NCBI RefSeq assembly: GCF_051903065.1
Contig: NZ_CP178438.1
DNA: 64,000 nucleotides
Reading direction: 5' to 3' (one strand)
Origin: Escherichia coli
Lineage (GTDB): Bacteria > Pseudomonadota > Gammaproteobacteria > Enterobacterales > Enterobacteriaceae
The stretch's first letter is position 1. Every line of letters begins with the position of its first letter. Positions 45,109 to 57,677 of this stretch are shown here, piece after piece. The position numbers and the translations under genes are program-made. The notes under the pieces are model-generated. The model was given only the letters and a program-made list of their open reading frames with translations. It made no database searches and was not told the origin of the DNA.

Positions 45109-45435
45109 TGAGGTAGCCTGAGTTTAACGGACACTCCTTCCTGAAATAGAATGGCATCAGAAGGAGCTAATAATGAGCAGAAAAACCCAACGTTACTCTA
45201 AAGAGTTCAAAGCCGAAGCTGTCAGAACGGTTCTTGAAAATCAACTTTCGATCAGTGAAGGCGCTTCCCGATTATCTCTTCCTGAAGGCACTTTAGGACA
45301 ATGGGTTACCGCCGCCAGAAAAGGGCTCGGTACTCTTGGTTCCCGCACGGTGGCTGAACTGGAATCTGAAATTCTGCAACTGCGTAAGGCGTTAAATGAA
45401 GCTCGCCTTGAGCGAGATATATTAAAAAAAGCCGT
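45109..45435 (+). mobile_element. Left part of an IS3-family (IS600-like) element: terminus tgaggtagcctgagtttaacggacactcc, orfA 45173..45435 (ends ...ERDILKKA) interrupted by IS30
   Basis: orfA MSRKTQRYSKEFKAEAVRTVLENQLSISEGASRL...; terminus matches the one at 29394. Confidence 0.7.
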
Positions 45436-47572
<2,137 letters not shown>

Positions 47573-47573
47573 T

Positions 47574-47897
47574 GTCGTTGAACTGCATAATACTGGCCCA
47601 AGCACCGCAACCAGTCTTGCTGCGCTTATCGCTTTATGTTCGATATTGCTGGCAAAACCAGTACAGGAACAGATGGTGGTGTTGGGCAGTATGACGCTTG
47701 GTGGAGTAATTAACCCGATACAAGATCTTGCTGCCAGTTTACAGCTCGCCTTCGACAGCGGCGCAAAACGAGTTCTGTTGCCGATGTCCTCGGCTATGGA
47801 TATTCCAACGGTTCCGGCAGAGTTATTTACCAAGTTTCAGGTGAGTTTTTACTCAGACCCGGTTGATGCTGTTTATAAGGCGCTGGGTGTGAATTAA
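47574..47897 (+). pseudogene. Lon-like serine protease C-terminal (proteolytic) domain fragment, 5'-truncated at the IS3-family terminus
   Basis: Manual in-frame translation ...TGPSTATSLAALIALCSILAKPVQEQMVVLGSMTLGGVINPIQDLAASLQLAFDSGAKRVLLPMSSAMDIP... retains GPS and AKRVLLP motifs of the Lon Ser-Lys dyad; no ATPase domain present. Confidence 0.5.
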
Positions 47898-47968
47898 TGT
47901 AGTAACTATTTTAATGAACTGGAGAGGACAATGGCTCAAGAACGTTCTGTAATTAAATTCATCAGACC

Positions 47969-48736
47969 GGTAATGACTCCAACTTATTGATAGTGTTTTA
48001 TGTTCAGATAATGCCCGATGACTTTGTCATGCAGCTCCACCGATTTTGAGAACGACAGCGACTTCCGTCCCAGCCGTGCCAGGTGCTGCCTCAGATTCAG
48101 GTTATGCCGCTCAATTCGCTGCGTATATCGCTTGCTGATTACGTGCAGCTTTCCCTTCAGGCGGGATTCATACAGCGGCCAGCCATCCGTCATCCATATC
48201 ACCACGTCAAAGGGTGACAGCAGGCTCATAAGACGCCCCAGCGTCGCCATAGTGCGTTCACCGAATACGTGCGCAACAACCGTCTTCCGGAGCCTGTCAT
48301 ACGCGTAAAACAGCCAGCGCTGGCGCGATTTAGCCCCGACATAGCCCCACTGTTCGTCCATTTCCGCGCAGACGATGACGTCACTGCCCGGCTGTATGCG
48401 CGAGGTTACCGACTGCGGCCTGAGTTTTTTAAGTGACGTAAAATCGTGTTGAGGCCAACGCCCATAATGCGGGCTGTTGCCCGGCATCCAACGCCATTCA
48501 TGGCCATATCAATGATTTTCTGGTGCGTACCGGGTTGAGAAGCGGTGTAAGTGAACTGCAGTTGCCATGTTTTACGGCAGTGAGAGCAGAGATAGCGCTG
48601 ATGTCCGGCGGTGCTTTTGCCGTTACGCACCACCCCGTCAGTAGCTGAACAGGAGGGACAGCTGATAGAAACAGAAGCCACTGGAGCACCTCAAAAACAC
48701 CATCATACACTAAATCAGTAAGTTGGCAGCATCACC
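47969..48736 (-). mobile_element. IS1 copy 2 (768 bp; insB 47984..48487, insA 48406..48681), no target-site duplication
   Basis: Same ends as copy 1; flanks catcagacc vs ggctgttta do not match. Confidence 0.9.
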
Positions 48737-48890
48737 GGCTGTTTATGCTACCCGATTCTCAAATCAATTACCGAAAGCTTCTGTTCATCAACTAACTCAT
48801 TACTTTTAATGATGGGGCCCTTTCTGGGGCCCAAGAAATTAACAACGCTAACAAACAACATAAATAACAATAAATTAAATAAAAAATTTC

Positions 48891-48909
48891 ATTCCTGCAG
48901 GGGACACCA
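48891..48909. repeat. attR: 19-bp direct repeat of the argW 3' end (attcctgcaggggacacca) marking the island boundary
   Basis: Exact match to 22061..22079. Confidence 0.8.
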
Positions 48910-49350
48910 GATACCCTTCAAACCAAATCTACCTTCATCCCGTAAACGATGGGTTTGGCAGCACACTTGCCCTATATCTACTCATTTTTACTGCAACAGG
49001 TTGAAATCTCAGCACTGTCAGAAAGCGCTGATGACTAAACAGCCCTGGGCCGGGCGATGTAACCATCACACAGAATCCTGATAGCGAAATATGGCGTGAC
49101 TCGATACTTCACTCCGCAATGCATTCCTTGATGAATTCGCAGGCCCGTGATACACGCGACAGGTCGCTGAATGACGACAATGTCCTGGAAATCAGCGAAC
49201 CGTGTATCCGGAGTACATTTGAGCGACTGTACCAGAACATGAATGAGGTGTTTGGATTAGGCGATTATTAGCAGGGCTAAGCATTTTACTATTATTATTT
49301 TCCGGTTGAGGGATATAGAGCTATCGACAACAACCGGAAAAAGTTTACGT

Positions 49351-50598
49351 CTATATTGCTGAAGGTACAGGCGTTTCCATAACTATTTGCTCGCGTTTTT
49401 TACTCAGGAAGAAAATGCCAAATAGCAACATCAGGCAGACAATACCCGAAATTGCGAAGAAAACTGTCTGGTAGCCTGCGTGGTCAAAGAGTATCCCAGT
49501 CGGCGTTGAAAGCAGCACAATCCCAAGCGAACTGGCAATTTGAAAACCAATCAGAAAGATCGTCGACGACAGGCGCTTATCAAAGTTTGCCACGCTGTAT
49601 TTGAAGACGGATATGACACAAAGTGGAACCTCAATGGCATGTAACAGCTTCACTAATGAAATAATCCAGGGGTTAACGAACAGCGCGCAGGAAAGGATAC
49701 GCAACGCCATAATCACAACACCGATAAGTAATGCATTTTTTGGCCCTACCCGATTCACAAAGAACGGAATAATCGCCATGCACAGCGCTTCGAGTACCAC
49801 CTGGAATGAGTTGAGATAACCATACAGGCGCGTTCCTACATCGTGTGATTCGAATAAACCTGCATAAAAGACGGGAAAAAGTTGTTGATCAAAAATGTTA
49901 TAGAAAGACCACGTCCCAACAATAAATATGACGAAAACCCAGAAGTTTCGATCCTTGAAAACTGCGATAAAATCCTCTTTTTTTACCCCTCCCGCATCCG
50001 CCGCTACGCACTGGTGATCCTTATCTTTAAAACACATGTTGATCATCATAAATACAGCGCCAAATAGCGAGACCAACCAGAAGTTGATATGGGGACTGAT
50101 ACTAAAAAATATGCCGGCAAAGAACGCGCCAATAGCATAGCCAAAAGATCCCCAGGCGCGCGCTGTTCCATATTCGAAATGAAAATTTCGCGCCATTTTT
50201 TCAGTGAAGCTGTCAAGCAAACCGCAGCCCGCCAGATAACCCAGGCCAAAAAAGAGCGCACCCAGAATTAAACCTACAGAAAAATTGCTTTGCAGTAACG
50301 GTTCATAAACGTAAATCATAAACGGTCCGGTCAAGACCAGGATGAAACTCATACACCAGATGAGCGGTTTCTTCAGACCGAGTTTATCCTGAACGATGCC
50401 GTAGAACATCATAAATAGAATACTGGTAAACTGGTTGACCGAATAAAGTGTACCTAATTCCGTCCCTGTCAACCCTAGATGTCCTTTCAGCCAAATAGCG
50501 TATAACGACCACCACAGCGACCAGGAAATAAAAAAGAGAAATGAGTAACTGGATGCAAAACGATAGTACGCATTTCTGAATGGAATATTCAGTGCCAT
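49351..50598 (-). CDS. cscB: CscB sucrose:H+ symporter (MFS, 415 aa)
   Basis: ORF MALNIPFRNAYYRFASSYSFLFFISWSLWWSLYAIWLKGHLGL... matches recalled CscB. Confidence 0.85.
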   Translation of the reverse strand: MALNIPFRNAYYRFASSYSFLFFISWSLWWSLYAIWLKGHLGLTGTELGTLYSVNQFTSILFMMFYGIVQDKLGLKKPLIWCMSFILVLTGPFMIYVYEPLLQSNFSVGLILGALFFGLGYLAGCGLLDSFTEKMARNFHFEYGTARAWGSFGYAIGAFFAGIFFSISPHINFWLVSLFGAVFMMINMCFKDKDHQCVAADAGGVKKEDFIAVFKDRNFWVFVIFIVGTWSFYNIFDQQLFPVFYAGLFESHDVGTRLYGYLNSFQVVLEALCMAIIPFFVNRVGPKNALLIGVVIMALRILSCALFVNPWIISLVKLLHAIEVPLCVISVFKYSVANFDKRLSSTIFLIGFQIASSLGIVLLSTPTGILFDHAGYQTVFFAISGIVCLMLLFGIFFLSKKREQIVMETPVPSAI

Positions 50599-50669
50599 AA
50601 TTACCTGCCTGTCGTTAAAAAATTCACGTCCTATTTAGAGATAAGAGCGACTTCGCCGTTTACTTCTCA

Positions 50670-51584
50670 CTATTCCAGTTCTTGTCGACATGGCAGCGCT
50701 GTCATTGCCCCTTTCGCCGTTACTGCAAGCGCTCCGCAACGTTGAGCGAGATCGATAATTCGTCGCATTTCTCTCTCATCTGTAGATAATCCCGTAGAGG
50801 ACAGACCTGTGAGTAACCCGGCAACGAACGCATCTCCCGCCCCCGTGCTATCGACACAATTCACAGACATTCCAGCAAAATGGTGAACTTGTCCTCGATA
50901 ACAGACCACCACCCCTTCTGCACCTTTAGTCACCAACAGCATGGCGATCTCATACTCTTTTGCCAGGGCGCATATATTCCGATCGTTCTGTGTTTTTCCA
51001 CTGATAAGTCGCCATTCTTCTTCCGAGAGCTTGACGACATCCGCCAGTTGTAGCGCCTGCCGCAAACACAAGCGGAGCAAATGCTCGTCTTGCCATAGAT
51101 CTTCACGAATATTGGGATCGAAGCTGACAAAACCTCCGGCATGCCGGATCGCAGTCATCGCAGTAAATGCGCTGGTACGCGAAGGCTCGGCAGACAACGC
51201 AATTGAACAGAGATGTAACCATTCGCCATGTCGCCAGCAGGGCAAGTCTGTCGTCTCTAAAAAAAGATCGGCACTGGGGCGGACCATAAACGTAAATGAA
51301 CGTTCCCCTTGATCGTTCAGATCGACAAGCACCGTGGATGTCCGGTGCCATTCATCTTGCTTCAGATACGTGATATCGACTCCCTCAGTTAGCAGCGTTC
51401 TTTGCATTAACGCACCAAAAGGATCATCACCGACCCGACCTATAAACCCACTTATTCCGCCTAATCTGGCGATTCCCACCGCAACGTTAGCTGGCGCGCC
51501 GCCAGGACAAGGCAGTAGGCGCCCGTCTGATTCTGGCAAGAGATCTACTACCGCATCCCCTAAAACCCATACTTTGGCTGACAT
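50670..51584 (-). CDS. cscK: CscK fructokinase (304 aa)
   Basis: pfkB-family sugar kinase ORF with GAGDAF motif, between cscB and cscA. Confidence 0.85.
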   Translation of the reverse strand: MSAKVWVLGDAVVDLLPESDGRLLPCPGGAPANVAVGIARLGGISGFIGRVGDDPFGALMQRTLLTEGVDITYLKQDEWHRTSTVLVDLNDQGERSFTFMVRPSADLFLETTDLPCWRHGEWLHLCSIALSAEPSRTSAFTAMTAIRHAGGFVSFDPNIREDLWQDEHLLRLCLRQALQLADVVKLSEEEWRLISGKTQNDRNICALAKEYEIAMLLVTKGAEGVVVCYRGQVHHFAGMSVNCVDSTGAGDAFVAGLLTGLSSTGLSTDEREMRRIIDLAQRCGALAVTAKGAMTALPCRQELE

Positions 51585-51799
51585 TTTTTTCCCTTAAATT
51601 CATCTGACTTACGCATAGTGATAAACCTCTTTTTCGCAAAATCGTCATGGATTTACTAAAACATGCATATTCGATCACAAAATGTCATAGTTAACGTTAA
51701 CATTTGTGATATTCATCGCATTTATGAAAGTAAGGGACTTTATTTTTATAAAAGTTAACGTTAACAATTCACCAAATTTGCTTAACCAGGATGATTAAA

Positions 51800-53233
51800 A
51801 TGACGCAATCTCGATTGCATGCGGCGCAAAACGCACTAGCAAAACTTCATGAGCACCGGGGTAACACTTTCTATCCCCATTTTCACCTCGCGCCTCCTGC
51901 CGGGTGGATGAACGATCCAAACGGCCTGATCTGGTTTAACGATCGTTATCACGCGTTTTATCAACATCACCCAATGAGCGAACACTGGGGGCCAATGCAC
52001 TGGGGACATGCCACCAGCGACGATATGATCCACTGGCAGCATGAGCCTATTGCGCTAGCGCCAGGAGACGATAATGACAAAGACGGGTGTTTTTCAGGTA
52101 GTGCTGTCGATGACAATGGTGTCCTCTCACTTATCTACACCGGACACGTCTGGCTCGATGGTGCAGGTAATGACGATGCAATTCGCGAAGTACAATGTCT
52201 GGCTACCAGTCGGGATGGTATTCATTTCGAGAAACAGGGTGTGATCCTCACTCCACCAGAAGGAATCATGCACTTCCGCGATCCTAAAGTGTGGCGTGAA
52301 GCCGACACATGGTGGATGGTAGTCGGGGCGAAAGACCCAGGCAACACGGGGCAGATCCTGCTTTATCGCGGCAGTTCATTACGTGAATGGACTTTCGATC
52401 GCGTACTGGCCCACGCTGATGCGGGTGAAAGCTATATGTGGGAATGTCCGGACTTTTTCAGCCTTGGCGATCAGCATTATCTGATGTTTTCCCCGCAGGG
52501 AATGAATGCCGAGGGATACAGTTACCGAAATCGCTTTCAAAGTGGCGTAATACCCGGAATGTGGTCGCCAGGACGACTTTTTGCACAATCCGGGCATTTT
52601 ACTGAACTTGATAACGGGCATGACTTTTATGCACCACAAAGCTTTGTAGCGAAGGATGGTCGGCGTATTGTTATCGGCTGGATGGATATGTGGGAATCGC
52701 CAATGCCCTCAAAACGTGAAGGCTGGGCAGGCTGCATGACGCTGGCGCGCGAGCTATCAGAGAGCAATGGCAAACTCCTACAACGCCCGGTACACGAAGC
52801 TGAGTCGTTACGCCAGCAGCATCAATCTATCTCTCCCCGCACAATCAGCAATAAATATGTTTTGCAGGAAAACGCGCAAGCAGTTGAGATTCAGTTGCAG
52901 TGGGCGCTGAAGAACAGTGATGCCGAACATTACGGATTACAGCTCGGCACTGGAATGCGGCTGTATATTGATAACCAATCTGAGCGACTTGTTTTGTGGC
53001 GGTATTACCCACACGAGAATTTAGACGGCTACCGTAGTATTCCCCTCCCGCAGCGTGACACGCTCGCCCTAAGGATATTTATCGATACATCATCCGTGGA
53101 AGTATTTATTAACGACGGGGAAGCGGTGATGAGTAGTCGAATCTATCCGCAGCCAGAAGAACGGGAACTGTCGCTTTATGCCTCCCACGGAGTGGCTGTG
53201 GTGCAACATGGAGCACTCTGGCAACTGGGTTAA
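51800..53233 (+). CDS. cscA: CscA sucrose-6-phosphate hydrolase / invertase (GH32)
   Basis: ORF ...HLAPPAGWMNDPNGLIWFNDRYHAFYQHHP... with the WMNDPNG GH32 motif; start set at MTQSRLH. Confidence 0.85.
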   Translation: MTQSRLHAAQNALAKLHEHRGNTFYPHFHLAPPAGWMNDPNGLIWFNDRYHAFYQHHPMSEHWGPMHWGHATSDDMIHWQHEPIALAPGDDNDKDGCFSGSAVDDNGVLSLIYTGHVWLDGAGNDDAIREVQCLATSRDGIHFEKQGVILTPPEGIMHFRDPKVWREADTWWMVVGAKDPGNTGQILLYRGSSLREWTFDRVLAHADAGESYMWECPDFFSLGDQHYLMFSPQGMNAEGYSYRNRFQSGVIPGMWSPGRLFAQSGHFTELDNGHDFYAPQSFVAKDGRRIVIGWMDMWESPMPSKREGWAGCMTLARELSESNGKLLQRPVHEAESLRQQHQSISPRTISNKYVLQENAQAVEIQLQWALKNSDAEHYGLQLGTGMRLYIDNQSERLVLWRYYPHENLDGYRSIPLPQRDTLALRIFIDTSSVEVFINDGEAVMSSRIYPQPEERELSLYASHGVAVVQHGALWQLG

Positions 53234-53240
53234 CATAATA

Positions 53241-54236
53241 TCAGGTGGAACAACGGATCAACAGCGGGCAAGGGATCCGCGTCACACTTCCCCCTTCACG
53301 ACCTTCAATAATATGCAATGCAGCTTCCCGCCCGATAATGTCATGTGGAAGCTGAATTGTGGTCAGCGGCGGTAAAAACAGATGCCCGACGCCAACCAGA
53401 TTATCAAAGCCCATTACGGCGACATCCTGCGGGATACGTACCCCCTTAGCCAGGAGAACCTGATAAGCCACAAAGGCTGCGCGATCGTTACCACATATCA
53501 GAACATCAAAATCTGGTTTGCCCGATTTGAAGTGGTCATTGAGTAAACTTGCGAGATCGGTGTAGTGATCATCACCTGTTGCCATGTGAAATTGTTTCAC
53601 CTCAGCCAGATCTCGTCCAGCATCACGCCAGGCCTGCTCAAATCCCTGCCGACGATACCCTGTTGCCAACGCACTTTCCGGTAGCCAGAAGCATAACGGT
53701 TGACGATAGCCCGCCGCGAGCAAATGCTGTGTTGATTCATATTGTGCAGTGTAATCATCAGGGATATAACTGGGTAACGCTGGGTCATCCGCCACACAGT
53801 TCGCCAATACAATATTTTCACCATACAGAGACTCAGGTAGCGTGATATGTCGCAGCCCCATTGTAGTATAGATAATGCCATCCGGACGGTGGGCAAGCAG
53901 CTGACGTGCCGCGCGGGCAGCGTCATCTTCAGAAAAAATATTGATTAAAAAACTATTCCAGCCGAACTCGCTGGCGGTTTGCTCAATGGCAAGCAGAATA
54001 TCAACAGAGAAAGGAGTGGTAGCAGTGTCCTGCGCCAGCACGGCGAGAGTCGACGGCTTACGTCCTTGAGCGCGCATCTTACGGGCGGAAAGATCAGGAA
54101 CATAATTCAGGGTCTGGATTGCCTGCAATACGCGGTCACGCGTTGCAGGACGCACAGATTCTGCATTATGCATCACCCGGGAGACTGTCATCATCGACAC
54201 TCCCGCCAGGCGTGCGACATCCTTTAATGAAGCCAT
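53241..54236 (-). CDS. cscR: CscR LacI-family sucrose operon repressor (start at MASLKDVARLAGVS)
   Basis: N-terminal HTH MASLKDVARLAGVSMMTVSRVMHN plus periplasmic-binding-like effector domain; track ORF over-extended upstream. Confidence 0.8.
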   Translation of the reverse strand: MASLKDVARLAGVSMMTVSRVMHNAESVRPATRDRVLQAIQTLNYVPDLSARKMRAQGRKPSTLAVLAQDTATTPFSVDILLAIEQTASEFGWNSFLINIFSEDDAARAARQLLAHRPDGIIYTTMGLRHITLPESLYGENIVLANCVADDPALPSYIPDDYTAQYESTQHLLAAGYRQPLCFWLPESALATGYRRQGFEQAWRDAGRDLAEVKQFHMATGDDHYTDLASLLNDHFKSGKPDFDVLICGNDRAAFVAYQVLLAKGVRIPQDVAVMGFDNLVGVGHLFLPPLTTIQLPHDIIGREAALHIIEGREGGSVTRIPCPLLIRCST

Positions 54237-54454
54237 ACCCAAGCCGTTTGCCGTAAAACGGGCACTGTAGCAGAAACAGACGTCACTGGCGAGATCCAAC
54301 GCCCTATCACCTGACACGGCAATACAATAAAAAATAACAATAATTCCCGGACAATTGTCCCCAATTCCGCCTCTGTTCTCGCCAACGAGTAACCATATAG
54401 GCAAGTAAGTAAAACATGCCAACTGGCATCGCCAACCTGGAGAAGAAAATATAA

Positions 54455-54685
54455 ATATGGATCATTGTGCTGCCGCTGTATCCCGACATCAGCCCGGAAA
54501 TTATTGCGATTGCTATCGGTTCAGGCGCGATTGGCTGCACGATCGTTACGGACTCGCTTTTCTGGCTGGTGAAGCAATATTGCGGCGCTACGCTCAATGA
54601 AACATTTAAATACTATACGACAGCGACATTTATCGCTTCAGTCGTCGCTCTGGCGGGCACATTCCTGCTGTCATTTATCATCTAA
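54455..54685 (+). pseudogene. dsdX: DsdX D-serine permease, 3' remnant (last ~75 codons)
   Basis: In-frame ...[54 protein letters not shown]... immediately upstream of dsdA; no 5' part or dsdC present. Confidence 0.7.
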
Positions 54686-54702
54686 GCGCAAAGAGACGTA
54701 CT

Positions 54703-56031
54703 ATGGAAAACGCTAAAATGAACTCGCTCATCGCCCAGTATCCGTTGGTAAAGGATCTGGTTGCTCTTAAAGAAACCACCTGGTTTAATCCTGGCACGAC
54801 CTCATTGGCTGAAGGTTTACCTTATGTTGGCCTGACCGAACAGGATGTTCAGGACGCCCATGCGCGCTTATCCCGTTTTGCACCCTATCTGGCAAAAGCA
54901 TTTCCTGAAACTGCTGCCACTGGGGGGATTATTGAATCAGAACTGGTTGCCATTCCGGCTATGCAAAAACGGCTGGAAAAGGAATATCAACAACCGATCA
55001 GCGGGCAACTGTTACTGAAAAAAGATAGCCATTTGCCCATTTCCGGCTCCATAAAAGCACGCGGCGGGATTTATGAAGTCCTGGCACACGCAGAAAAACT
55101 GGCTCTGGAAGCGGGGTTGCTGACGCTTGATGATGACTACAGCAAACTGCTTTCTCCGGAGTTTAAACAGTTCTTTAGCCAATACAGCATTGCTGTGGGC
55201 TCAACCGGAAATCTGGGGTTATCAATCGGCATTATGAGCGCCCGCATTGGCTTTAAGGTGACAGTGCATATGTCTGCTGATGCCCGGGCATGGAAAAAAG
55301 CGAAACTGCGCAGCCATGGCGTTACGGTCGTGGAATATGAGCAAGATTATGGTGTTGCCGTCGAGGAAGGACATAAAGCAGCGCAGTCTGACCCGAACTG
55401 TTTCTTTATTGATGACGAAAATTCCCGCACGTTGTTCCTTGGGTATTCCGTCGCTGGCCAGCGTCTTAAAGCGCAATTTGCCCAGCAAGGCCGTATCGTC
55501 GATGCTGATAACCCTCTGTTTGTCTATCTGCCGTGTGGTGTTGGCGGTGGTCCTGGTGGCGTCGCATTCGGGCTTAAACTGGCGTTTGGCGATCATGTTC
55601 ACTGCTTTTTTGCCGAACCAACGCACTCCCCTTGTATGTTGTTAGGCGTCCATACAGGATTACACGATCAGATTTCTGTTCAGGATATTGGTATCGACAA
55701 CCTTACCGCAGCGGATGGCCTTGCAGTTGGTCGCGCATCAGGCTTTGTCGGGCGGGCAATGGAGCGTCTGCTGGATGGCTTCTATACCCTTAGCGATCAA
55801 ACCATGTATGACATGCTTGGCTGGCTGGCGCAGGAAGAAGGTATTCGTCTTGAACCTTCGGCACTGGCGGGTATGGCCGGACCTCAGCGCGTGTGTGCAT
55901 CAGTAAGTTACCAACTGATGCACGGTTTCAGCGCAGAACAACTGCGTAATGCCACTCATCTGGTGTGGGCGACGGGAGGTGGAATGGTGCCGGAAGAAGA
56001 GATGAATCAATATCTGGCAAAAGGCCGTTAA
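54703..56031 (+). CDS. dsdA: DsdA D-serine dehydratase (442 aa)
   Basis: [34 protein letters not shown]... with PLP-lysine motif SGSIKARGG. Confidence 0.9.
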   Translation: MENAKMNSLIAQYPLVKDLVALKETTWFNPGTTSLAEGLPYVGLTEQDVQDAHARLSRFAPYLAKAFPETAATGGIIESELVAIPAMQKRLEKEYQQPISGQLLLKKDSHLPISGSIKARGGIYEVLAHAEKLALEAGLLTLDDDYSKLLSPEFKQFFSQYSIAVGSTGNLGLSIGIMSARIGFKVTVHMSADARAWKKAKLRSHGVTVVEYEQDYGVAVEEGHKAAQSDPNCFFIDDENSRTLFLGYSVAGQRLKAQFAQQGRIVDADNPLFVYLPCGVGGGPGGVAFGLKLAFGDHVHCFFAEPTHSPCMLLGVHTGLHDQISVQDIGIDNLTAADGLAVGRASGFVGRAMERLLDGFYTLSDQTMYDMLGWLAQEEGIRLEPSALAGMAGPQRVCASVSYQLMHGFSAEQLRNATHLVWATGGGMVPEEEMNQYLAKGR

Positions 56032-56138
56032 TAACATTTCAACGCAGCATCGCCATCCTTTCCCTGGGTGAGCGATGCTGCCGATGGCGCAGACTTAAGA
56101 TCCCCGGTCTTACCCGCTATAACCCCCTGCTTTTACCA

Positions 56139-57677
56139 TCACCCAACGCCTTTCGCTGTAAACGGCGGTTTCGCAAACCAAACCAAAACCGTAAGTAAGA
56201 TAAAAGCAATAGCCGCCATACGGAAAATCTCATTTGCAGAAATAGAAAGTGACTGCTGGGTTATTTCATTATTAATTTCATTAAGAACTCCTGAAAGCGA
56301 ACCATAGTATTTATCCATAATTTGTGACGATGAATTAAACACAGGGTTAAATTGATCGATGGTTGCTGTCAACTGACTATGGTGTAACGATTCGCGTCGC
56401 CCCCACAGCGTCATTGTCAACGACGTACCAACTGATCCTGACAAGGTACGAAAAAAATTACTCATACTCGAGGCATTGGCAAATTTATTATCTGGCAACC
56501 CTGAAAACGAAATCGTTGTTAAGGGTAAAAAGAAACAGGCAACGGCGAACCCCTGGAAAAACTGTGGCAAAATGATGCCTGTAAAATCAATCGTTGGCAT
56601 AAATGTCACAGAACGCCAGTAATAGCAAACCGCATACATCAAAAAACTAAATGTCACTAACAACCGCATGTCTATTTTGTTGCCATAACGTCCTATCAAA
56701 GGTGAAATTAATAGTGGCATGATGCCGATGGGCGCATAAGCAAGTCCGGCCCATATCGCATTATACCCCATCGTTTCCTGGAGTAACTGCGGCATAAGGA
56801 CGATCGCTCCAGAGTAAAATAAATACGCGCATGTGATACTCACTATACCAATGGTGAAATTACGGGACTTAAACAAACTGAGATCAAGAATCGGGTTCTC
56901 TGAGGTCGACTCCCAAATGACTAAAGAGATCAGAGAAATAACTGATACTACTGTTAATATTATTATTGTACTCGAGTTGAACCAATCCAGATCGCGCCCT
57001 TTATCAAGCATAATTTGCAAGCCACCAACACCGAGCACTAACAGGGTCAGTCCTGGTAGATTCATTTTGACCGGTGAAGTCTCAGTTTCTCTTCCTTTAA
57101 GTAAGGTTAAGCATAATGTCAGGACGATAATACCCATAGGGACATTGATTAAAAATATCCAACCCCAGCTAAAGTTATCGCAAATATATCCGCCTAATAT
57201 CGGCCCACATATCGGAGCTATAATCACGGTCATTGACCATAATGCCAGAGCAAATGTTCTTTTTTCTGGTGGATAATTCCTTAATAATAAACTCTGTGAC
57301 AGTGGAATTAACGGCCCTGCCATTAACCCCTGAACGACTCTAAAAAATATCAACACATCAAGATTGGTCGATAAACTACACATTAAGGAAGACAGCGAAA
57401 AAAAAGTGACTGAAAGTAAAAATAACCTTAATTCGCCTATTCTTTGTGCCAGCCTGCCGGTAACAGGGATCGCAATGGCATTTGCTACGCCAAACGAGGT
57501 GATAACCCAGGTGCCTTCGTCTGTTGATGCTCCCAGAAAGCCAGATATTGTCGGTATTGCGACGTTAGAAATAGTGGAATCCAACATTTGCATAAACGTC
57601 GCTAATGACAATGCAATAGTGACGCACCATAACGTCCCACCGGTTAATGGTGCTGGAGTTGATTTAGTGATTGCCAT
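56139..57677 (-). CDS. emrY: EmrY multidrug efflux MFS transporter (512 aa)
   Basis: 14-TM MFS ORF downstream of emrK. Confidence 0.85.
   Translation of the reverse strand: MAITKSTPAPLTGGTLWCVTIALSLATFMQMLDSTISNVAIPTISGFLGASTDEGTWVITSFGVANAIAIPVTGRLAQRIGELRLFLLSVTFFSLSSLMCSLSTNLDVLIFFRVVQGLMAGPLIPLSQSLLLRNYPPEKRTFALALWSMTVIIAPICGPILGGYICDNFSWGWIFLINVPMGIIVLTLCLTLLKGRETETSPVKMNLPGLTLLVLGVGGLQIMLDKGRDLDWFNSSTIIILTVVSVISLISLVIWESTSENPILDLSLFKSRNFTIGIVSITCAYLFYSGAIVLMPQLLQETMGYNAIWAGLAYAPIGIMPLLISPLIGRYGNKIDMRLLVTFSFLMYAVCYYWRSVTFMPTIDFTGIILPQFFQGFAVACFFLPLTTISFSGLPDNKFANASSMSNFFRTLSGSVGTSLTMTLWGRRESLHHSQLTATIDQFNPVFNSSSQIMDKYYGSLSGVLNEINNEITQQSLSISANEIFRMAAIAFILLTVLVWFAKPPFTAKGVG

Noticed and set aside
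48809-49081. 90-aa plus-strand ORF spanning the island attR
   Set aside because: Crosses the attR repeat and intergenic AT-rich sequence; low-complexity N/K-rich translation, no homology recognised.
49290-49345. Hairpin downstream of cscB as a terminator
   Set aside because: Stem ccggttg/caaccgg has a 22-nt loop and no clear U-run on the relevant strand; too weak to call.
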